Source: Halogeometricum borinquense DSM 11551 (lineage in GTDB: Archaea > Halobacteriota > Halobacteria > Halobacteriales > Haloferacaceae). Taken from it: DNA of 32,000 nucleotides. Position numbers and translations under genes: made by a program. Below are positions 9,702-15,566 of this stretch, in pieces. Numbering within the stretch: position 1 is the stretch's first letter; each line of letters opens with the position of its first letter. Below the pieces are notes generated by a model, which made no database searches, was not told the origin of the DNA, and saw nothing but the letters and a program-made list of their open reading frames with translations. The stretch lies in NCBI RefSeq assembly GCF_000172995.2, contig NC_014729.1, forward strand, positions 840,001 to 872,000, written 5' to 3'.

Positions 9702-10769
9702 TCAGTCGTCGGCGACGAGTTTGTGTTCGGTCCCGTTGACCATGCCGAGGACATCGTCGAAAAAGCCCAGAGAGTCGTGCGGGCCGGGGTGGGCCTCGGG
9801 GTGGTACTGACGGGTGATGACGTTCAGTTCGGCGTTCTCCAGTCCTTCTGCGGTGTCGTCGTTGACGTTCACCTGTGTGACGTTCAGGTCACCGGGTTCA
9901 TCGACAGTGTAGCCGTGGTTCTGCGTCGTCATGATAACTTTCCCGGTGTTCAGGTCACGTACGGGTTGGTTGACGCCGCGGTGGCCGAAGTCCATCTTCT
10001 CGGTGGTGCCGCCAAGTGCGCGTGCGATGACTTGCTGTCCGAGGCAGATGCCTGCGAGGGGAATCTCGCCGACGAACTCCTCGACGAGCGCCTGTGCATC
10101 GCCGAAGTTCGCTGGGTCGCCCGGACCGTTCGAGATGAAAAGCAGGTCGGGGTCGAGTTCCTCGACCTCCGCGGCCGTCGTGTCGTGCGGCAGCACGTGA
10201 ACGTCCGCACCGCGTTCGTTCAGCGAGTCCACGATAGACATCTTTGCGCCGCAGTCGATGAGTGCGACATCTGCCTCCCCGCCGCCGCGATACGTCTCGT
10301 GTTCGACGGTGCTGACCTGCGCGCCGATTTCGGTGTGCTCGCTCATTCCCTTGCACTTTGCGAGTTGGGCTTCGGCGTCTGCGGGCGTCACGTCGTCGCC
10401 GACAGCGATTCCGCACTTCATCGCACCCTCTTCGCGGATCGAGGTGACGAGGTCGCGTGTGTCGATATGGTCGATTGCGGGCACATCTTCGGAGTCCAGC
10501 CATTCGACGACTTCTTCTGTGAACTCGTGTGCAATGGCCGCGCGTGGGTGGATACGGTCCGATTCGAATCGCTCTTCTCGGACGCCGTAGTTTCCGATGA
10601 GCGGGTATGAGAACGTAAGGACTTGTTCCTCGTATGAGGGGTCAGTGAGACTCTCTTCGTAACCCGTGTACGCGGTCGTGAACACCAGTTCGCCACGTGT
10701 CTGTCCTGGAGAGCGACCGCGCGCTTCGATGACGCGACCGTCTTCCAGAGCCAAGTAGGCGTCCGACAT
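9702..10769 (-). CDS. carA: carbamoyl-phosphate synthase small (glutaminase) subunit
   Basis: The start is at the ATG at 10769 (MSDAYLALEDGRV..). The class-I GATase catalytic region is present (..LAGICLGQQ.. and ..GHRGVNQPV.., ..QYHPEA..). Confidence 0.95.
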   Translation of the reverse strand: MSDAYLALEDGRVIEARGRSPGQTRGELVFTTAYTGYEESLTDPSYEEQVLTFSYPLIGNYGVREERFESDRIHPRAAIAHEFTEEVVEWLDSEDVPAIDHIDTRDLVTSIREEGAMKCGIAVGDDVTPADAEAQLAKCKGMSEHTEIGAQVSTVEHETYRGGGEADVALIDCGAKMSIVDSLNERGADVHVLPHDTTAAEVEELDPDLLFISNGPGDPANFGDAQALVEEFVGEIPLAGICLGQQVIARALGGTTEKMDFGHRGVNQPVRDLNTGKVIMTTQNHGYTVDEPGDLNVTQVNVNDDTAEGLENAELNVITRQYHPEAHPGPHDSLGFFDDVLGMVNGTEHKLVADD

Positions 10770-10795
10770 TACGAGAAACACACGGAATACGGGGG

Positions 10796-10801
10796 TATAA
10801 A
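10796..10801 (-). promoter_or_regulatory. TATA box of carA (TTTATA on the minus strand)
   Basis: The plus-strand tataaa at 10796-10801 is TTTATA on the minus strand, 27-32 nt upstream of the carA ATG. That spacing is typical of leaderless haloarchaeal mRNAs. Confidence 0.5.
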
Positions 10802-10819
10802 TGTTGCTTTCGTAGTTGA

Positions 10820-10836
10820 GTTACGAATTTCGTAAC
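10820..10836. promoter_or_regulatory. perfect 17-bp palindrome GTTACGAA-T-TTCGTAAC in the carA/lrp divergent spacer (candidate Lrp/AsnC operator)
   Basis: Read directly from the sequence: 8-bp arms around a 1-nt centre. Its core TACGAATTTCGTA fits the abcdeWWWedcba form. It lies 31-47 nt upstream of the lrp ATG and 51-67 nt upstream of the carA ATG. Confidence 0.5.
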
Positions 10837-10866
10837 CAGTAAGTTCTCCGAGTGGAGAGAGAAGAC

Positions 10867-11289
10867 ATGGACGACTTGGATCGGGAGATTCTCGACATCC
10901 TCCGACGAGATGCTCGGACCCCCTACACGGAGATTGCAGAGCAAGTTGGTACCTCCGAGGGCACAGTTCGCAACCGCGTCGAGCGTCTCACCAACGACAA
11001 CGTCATCGAGCGGTTCACCGTCGCCACCAGTACGGGCAACATCAAGGCGATGATCGAAGTGTCGGTGAAAGTTGACGTGGACACGACCGAGATATCCGAC
11101 CAGATGGCGGAATGGAACCAAGTTGACTTCGTGTGGCAGGTGTCCGGCGAGGAAGACGTAGTCCTCGTCGTGGACGCCGCGGACACGCGTGCAGTGAATG
11201 AACTCATCACGCGGGCGCGCGAACTAGACGAAGTAAAGAGTACGAAGACGCGCCTCATCCTCGACGAACGACTCGGTCGTAGTCCGTAG
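10867..11289 (+). CDS. Lrp/AsnC-family transcriptional regulator (HTH plus RAM domain)
   Basis: The start is at the ATG at 10867 (MDDLDREILDILRRDARTPYTEIAEQVGTSEGTVRNRVERL), which is a canonical AsnC-type HTH. A ligand-binding-like domain follows. Confidence 0.85.
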   Translation: MDDLDREILDILRRDARTPYTEIAEQVGTSEGTVRNRVERLTNDNVIERFTVATSTGNIKAMIEVSVKVDVDTTEISDQMAEWNQVDFVWQVSGEEDVVLVVDAADTRAVNELITRARELDEVKSTKTRLILDERLGRSP

Positions 11290-11300
11290 CCGGACCGCAC

Positions 11301-11462
11301 GAGTCACATGCTGAATGGTCCTGCGATGAGTCACATGCTGAATGGTCCTGCGATGAGTCACATGCTGAATGGTCCCGCGGCGAGTCATATGCTGAATGGT
11401 CCCGCGGCGAGTCATATGCTGAATGGTCCCGCGGCGAGTCATATGCCGAACTGCCTTGCGGA
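11301..11462. repeat. 27-bp tandem direct repeat: 5 full units plus 1 degenerate unit
   Basis: Units start at 11301, 11328, 11355, 11382, 11409 and 11436. Units 1-2 are gagtcacatgctgaatggtcctgcgat. Unit 3 is a hybrid (cacatg plus cccgcggc). Units 4-5 are gagtcatatgctgaatggtcccgcggc. Unit 6 diverges after gagtcatatgc. There are no spacers between units. Confidence 0.95.
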
Positions 11463-11512
11463 GGCCGTCACGCATCGAAGACTCCTTGACCCACCTCGCT
11501 AATGTGACCGAT

Positions 11513-12115
11513 ATGAGCACAGACGAGGGCGGGAGTGCCGCCACCGACGTGGAGGACGAACTCCACAAGAACGCCAAGCAGGACGTCATTGCCGTCGATC
11601 CCGACGATAACGAGATCGGACTTGTCAACAGACTGGATGCACACACTGGCCACGGGACGCGCCACCGTGCGTTCACGTGTTTGGTCTTCGACGAGGATGG
11701 GCGTCTACTGCTCGCACAACGCGCACCGAACAAGCGTCTGTGGGACACTCACTGGGACGGAACCGTCGCATCCCACCCCGTGCAGGGGCAGAGTCAAGAA
11801 GACGCGACGAAACAGCGCCTCGAAGAGGAACTCGGAATTACGCCCGACCAGTACAGCGACCTGCGTATCACGGACAAGTTCGAGTACAAGCGCTACTACG
11901 AGAACGCCGGTCTGGAGTGGGAGGTCTGTGCCGTCCTGAAGGTGACGCTCGAAGACACGACGCTCGACCCCGACGAGGAAGAAATCGCCGGACTGCTGTG
12001 GGTGGACTACGAACACCTCCACGACCACCCCGAGTGGTACCGACAACTCCGTCTGTGCCCGTGGTTCGAGATCGCAATGCGCCGTGACTTCGAAGACGAA
12101 CACGCCGACGAGTAA
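11513..12115 (+). CDS. idi: isopentenyl-diphosphate delta-isomerase, type 1 (Nudix fold)
   Basis: The start is at the ATG at 11513 (MSTDEGG..). Type-1 IDI signatures are present: ..HRAFTCLVFDEDGRLLLAQRAPNKRLWDTHWDGTVASHP.. and ..EWEVCAV... Confidence 0.85.
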   Translation: MSTDEGGSAATDVEDELHKNAKQDVIAVDPDDNEIGLVNRLDAHTGHGTRHRAFTCLVFDEDGRLLLAQRAPNKRLWDTHWDGTVASHPVQGQSQEDATKQRLEEELGITPDQYSDLRITDKFEYKRYYENAGLEWEVCAVLKVTLEDTTLDPDEEEIAGLLWVDYEHLHDHPEWYRQLRLCPWFEIAMRRDFEDEHADE

Positions 12116-12605
12116 CCTCGTCCTCACGGCCGAGGCGAGAGAGGCAATCATCGCGCACGCCCGAGAGGGAGCGGCGACTACCCCACCGAGCGAAGTCTGC
12201 GGTGTCCTCGGCGGGTATCGGGCCGACACCGCGGCGACGAACGCCGACGACGCATCCGCCACCGATTCAGCGGAATCAGCCTCTGCGGACGACATCGGTA
12301 CCGGGTCGGATACTGTTACCGTCGCCGAACCGGTTCCCAACGTCGCTGACGACCCCCGAACGACGTACACGCTCGATCCCGAGACGACCGTCGAAACCAT
12401 CGACACCCTCGAATCGAGGGGCCTCGATGTGGTCGGGTTCTATCACAGTCACCCCGAGAGCGACCCAGTTCCGAGTCGAACCGACGAACGACGGGCGACG
12501 TGGACGGGGTACGTCTATCTCATCTGCCATCCGGACGGCCGACTGAACGCCTTCCGCTGGACGGGCGCGGCGTTCGATGTCCTCAACGTAATTACCGAGG
12601 GCTGA
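12084..12605 (+). CDS. JAB1/MPN/Mov34 (JAMM) metalloprotease, HvJAMM1-like desampylase candidate
   Basis: The complete JAMM motif is present: E (PSEVCG) ... HSHPESDPVPSRTD, which is HxHx7SxxD. The GTG at 12084 is the only in-frame start upstream of the conserved N-terminus, so the gene overlaps idi by 32 nt. Confidence 0.8.
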   Translation: MTSKTNTPTSNLVLTAEAREAIIAHAREGAATTPPSEVCGVLGGYRADTAATNADDASATDSAESASADDIGTGSDTVTVAEPVPNVADDPRTTYTLDPETTVETIDTLESRGLDVVGFYHSHPESDPVPSRTDERRATWTGYVYLICHPDGRLNAFRWTGAAFDVLNVITEG

Positions 12606-12704
12606 TACGCGGCGTCAGTGCGATACGTCAGCCTTCGGCAGTCGTGCGACGGCCGCGACCCGAGAACGCAACCCCCTTGCGGCGTCAGTTCTTCTCCACC
12701 GTCA

Positions 12705-13418
12705 ATGACAGCGGACGTTCCCGACCCTGACCTGTACGACTCTCTCGAAGGGCAAGTCGCCCTCGTGACGGGTGCAAATCGTGGTCTCGGCCGCGAGATA
12801 GCCGAACAGTTACACGACCTCGGCGCGACGGTGTTCGCCGCGACGCGGAGTATTACGCACGACATCCCCGACGAGTGGAATCACCTTCTCGTGGACGTGA
12901 CGCAGGAAGGCGAAATCTCTGATGCCGTAGACGATATCTTCGCCAGTGCGGGCCGACTGGACATCCTCGTCAACAACGCCGGAATCAGCGGCGGCGACGG
13001 GGACATCGTTGCGGAGTCGGTGACGGACATCGACCAGACGCTGGCGACGAACCTCCGTGGGCCGATGCTCGTCTGTAAGCACGCCGTCCCGCTCCTCGTC
13101 CAAGACGAAGGCGGCCGTGTGATCAACGTCTCTTCGGGGATGGGCGCGCTCAACGAAGCACAGTCCGGCGGGTCGCCATCGTATCGCATCTCGAAGACAG
13201 GGCTGAACGGCCTGACGAAGTACTTAGACGGCGAGTACGGCGACGACGGACTTCTCGCTAACTCGGTCTGTCCGGGATGGGTCCGCACCGATATGGGCGG
13301 CGAGGACGCCGACCGGTCAGTCGAGCGCGGCGCTGAAACGCCGGTGTGGCTCTGTCGCTTCAAACCAGAGTCGCCGTCGGGGTACTTCTGGCGCGACCAG
13401 TCCGTTATCGACTGGTAG
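12705..13418 (+). CDS. short-chain dehydrogenase/reductase (SDR), carbonyl-reductase-like
   Basis: The start is at the ATG at 12705. The cofactor motif TGANRGLG and the catalytic YRISK (YxxxK) are present, along with an NNAG motif. Confidence 0.85.
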   Translation: MTADVPDPDLYDSLEGQVALVTGANRGLGREIAEQLHDLGATVFAATRSITHDIPDEWNHLLVDVTQEGEISDAVDDIFASAGRLDILVNNAGISGGDGDIVAESVTDIDQTLATNLRGPMLVCKHAVPLLVQDEGGRVINVSSGMGALNEAQSGGSPSYRISKTGLNGLTKYLDGEYGDDGLLANSVCPGWVRTDMGGEDADRSVERGAETPVWLCRFKPESPSGYFWRDQSVIDW

Positions 13419-13428
13419 TCGGGAACGA

Positions 13429-14748
13429 TCAGGTCACGCCGCCGCCGCGCTTCTCGTACTGTTCGTACTCGGCATCCTCGAATATTGCTTCGAGGTGCTC
13501 AACCATGTGATACACGTCCTCGAAGCCGACGTAGTACGGCGACGGGCAGACGCGAACGACGTTCGGGGCGCGGAAGTCAACGATTACGCCGCGGTCTTTC
13601 AGCGCCTCCGAGATGCGATAGGCTTCCGGGTGTTCGACGGCGACGTGGCCGCCGCGTCTGGTCGGGTCACGCGGTGTCCCGACCTCGCAGTCGGGAAGGC
13701 GGTCGTCAACGAGTTCGATGAGGGAGTCAGTTAGTGCGAGTGATTTCTCCCGAAGCGCGTCGATACCGGCGTCTTCGACCACATCGAGCGCGCCGTCGAG
13801 GGGAGCCGCTGCGAGAATCGGCGGCGTCCCGATCTGGAACGCTCCGGCCGAGTGGGCGGGTGTATACGTATGGCGCATCTCGAACTGCGTTTCTTTCTCG
13901 TGGCCCCACCATCCCGCGAGAGCCGGTGTAACGCCGAAGTGACGTTCGTTCACGTACAGACCGGCGGCAGCTCCGGGTCCGGCGTTGAGATACTTGTAGT
14001 GACACCAGACGGCGAAATCGACGTCGAGGTCCGAGAGGGCGTGCGGGACGGCGCCGATAGAGTGCGCGAGGTCGAAGCCAGCGAGGGCACCGGCGTCGTG
14101 GGCCGCTTCCGTAATGCGTTCGATATCGAGGAGTTGCCCGCTCCGATAGAGGACCGAGGGCATGAACACCATCCCCACGTCTTCGTCTATCGCCGCCACG
14201 ATGTCGTCTTCCTCGATTGTCCGGCCGTCTCGGCTCTCGACCACGCGGAGGTTCTCGTCTGGGTCGCGTCCGACCTGTCGAAGTTGCGCGCGAATCGCGT
14301 AGTGATCCGTCGGGAAGTCGAGGTCGTTAACGAGAATCTTCTCGCCGCGACTCGGGTCGTAGAACGTGCCGACCAGCGTATGAATATTCACCGTCGTGGA
14401 GTTTCCGACGACGACTTCCTCGGGTTCGGCACCGACGAGTGGGGCGAGTCGGTCACCGAGGCGTTCACCGTACGTATACCATTCCGGATCGGCGTCGGTC
14501 CATCCGCGAATAGCGAGCGTTTTCCACTGTTCGACCGCCTCGTCCAGTGCGGCCGCCGCATCTACAGAGCAGAGTCCGAGTGAGTTGCCGTCAGCGTACA
14601 ACTCATCGTCGGGGATGAAAAAGCGGTCGCGGAAATGCGAAAGTGCATCGTCGTGGTCCATCTCGCGGGCCTCGGCCAGCGTCGGCGGTCCGTCGCCGCT
14701 CGATTCGGCCGTGGCATCCGACTCGGAGTCATCTCGGGAGTTATCCAT
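13429..14748 (-). CDS. kynU: kynureninase (PLP-dependent, aminotransferase class V fold)
   Basis: ..HFRDRFFIPDDELYADGNSLGL.. and the PLP-lysine region ..DFAVWCHYKYLNAGPGAAAGLYV.. are characteristic of kynureninases. Confidence 0.85.
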   Translation of the reverse strand: MDNSRDDSESDATAESSGDGPPTLAEAREMDHDDALSHFRDRFFIPDDELYADGNSLGLCSVDAAAALDEAVEQWKTLAIRGWTDADPEWYTYGERLGDRLAPLVGAEPEEVVVGNSTTVNIHTLVGTFYDPSRGEKILVNDLDFPTDHYAIRAQLRQVGRDPDENLRVVESRDGRTIEEDDIVAAIDEDVGMVFMPSVLYRSGQLLDIERITEAAHDAGALAGFDLAHSIGAVPHALSDLDVDFAVWCHYKYLNAGPGAAAGLYVNERHFGVTPALAGWWGHEKETQFEMRHTYTPAHSAGAFQIGTPPILAAAPLDGALDVVEDAGIDALREKSLALTDSLIELVDDRLPDCEVGTPRDPTRRGGHVAVEHPEAYRISEALKDRGVIVDFRAPNVVRVCPSPYYVGFEDVYHMVEHLEAIFEDAEYEQYEKRGGGVT

Positions 14749-15003
14749 GAGAGTTAAACCCTGCCATACTGTGTAAAGAGTTTCGTTCGGTGTTGTACAC
14801 CCATTTTTTGTTCGTGCCGGCCTGCACCGCTCACCCAGTATAATCGTGAGCCATGAGTCCGATACGTACCCACTGTGAACTGATCGACCCTCGTCCGAGT
14901 ATATAACATGAATACGGTAACTGTCCTCTGTTCACATGGGTTATGAAACGTAACCTGGTGAGAATAGGTAACCCCAACGTTACCAACTTACCTATAGCAT
15001 ACC

Positions 15004-15507
15004 ATGAGAACATACCTGTTCAGAACGGTCTCAGCCATCGTCGTCAGCCTCCTCCTCGTTGTGGCTGGCGGCGGGCTAGCTATCGGCACTGTGAGTGCCG
15101 ACCACTTCGACGACGACGATATCGAGATCGAGTTCGGCGACAAGGAGTTCGAGGGCGACGACGTTGACGACTTCGAGTACGACGAAGACGAAGAATTAGA
15201 GATCGATGGCGAGGACATCGAAGTCGATAGCGACGACACGGACTTCGAGATCCACGACGACGGTGAGGTCGAGTACGAACCCGACGAAAGCTTCGAAGCC
15301 GAAAGTGACGACGGCATCGAGTTCGACCGTGACGACATCGAGTTCGAAATCGACGATGATGCCGAAGTTGACTACGATACGGATGGCGACTTCGAGGTCG
15401 AAGGCGATGACATTGACATCGATGGCGACGATTTCGACATCGAAATCGACGGTGACGATGCCGAGGTCGAGTTCAGGGATGGTAGGATCGAGATCGATAT
15501 CGACTAG
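15004..15507 (+). CDS. secreted or membrane-anchored polyacidic repeat protein, function unknown
   Basis: The N-terminus MRTYLFRTVSAIVVSLLLVVAGGGLAIGTVSA looks like a signal peptide or signal anchor. The remaining ~135 aa are dominated by Asp/Glu alternating with I/F/V/Y. An AT-rich region lies upstream and a strong terminator downstream. Confidence 0.7.
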   Translation: MRTYLFRTVSAIVVSLLLVVAGGGLAIGTVSADHFDDDDIEIEFGDKEFEGDDVDDFEYDEDEELEIDGEDIEVDSDDTDFEIHDDGEVEYEPDESFEAESDDGIEFDRDDIEFEIDDDAEVDYDTDGDFEVEGDDIDIDGDDFDIEIDGDDAEVEFRDGRIEIDID

Positions 15508-15534
15508 AACGATTCAACGGAATCGTTCGTTTTT
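15507..15534 (+). terminator. intrinsic-type terminator of the polyacidic gene
   Basis: A perfect 9-bp stem gaacgattc / gaatcgttc (15507-15515 / 15520-15528) with a 4-nt loop, followed by g + TTTTT (15530-15534). It starts right at the stop codon. Confidence 0.7.
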
Positions 15535-15566
15535 CACTGAGAGAAACGCGGGCACGGCCGTCGTCG

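Noticed and set aside
9657-10610. A 317-aa plus-strand ORF. Similar cases are 15630-16679 (+), 18583-19650 (+), 5829-6833 (+), 1051-2228 (+, two ORFs), 7885-8403 (-) and 23992-24888 (-).
   Set aside because: Each lies antisense to, or in an alternative frame of, a gene with clear family motifs (carA, the AIR synthase-related gene, the permease, gatD, the DUF5830-like and TVP38 genes, GNAT, Bat). All are Arg/Gly/Val-rich and basic, unlike the acidic proteome encoded by the assigned frames.
11301-11462. Could the 27-bp repeats be a CRISPR array?
   Set aside because: The units are directly adjacent with no spacers. The unit is shorter than typical haloarchaeal CRISPR repeats. No leader or cas genes are present. 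It is a plain tandem (minisatellite-like) repeat.
11224-11748. A 174-aa minus-strand ORF containing HMTRRGTIQ repeats.
   Set aside because: The repeats are just the reverse-frame reading of the 27-bp DNA array. The ORF runs antisense into the idi coding region and is strongly basic.
12609-12689. An 11-nt direct repeat gcggcgtcagt, at 12609-12619 and 12679-12689, between the JAMM gene and the SDR gene.
   Set aside because: It is short and GC-rich, with only a single pair and no symmetry or positional relation to a promoter that I can argue for. It is likely chance.
14749-15003. An AT-rich island as a possible replication origin.
   Set aside because: There is no adjacent orc1/cdc6 gene. I could find no long origin-recognition-box-type repeats flanking an unwinding element, only short GTAAC half-sites. 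Divergent promoters explain the AT-richness more simply.
14988-15338. A 116-aa Ser-rich minus-strand ORF inside the polyacidic gene.
   Set aside because: It is the mirror image of GAC/GAA/GAG-rich coding DNA, because antisense of Asp/Glu codons gives Ser/Val/Leu-rich frames. The plus-strand ORF has the signal peptide, promoter region and terminator.
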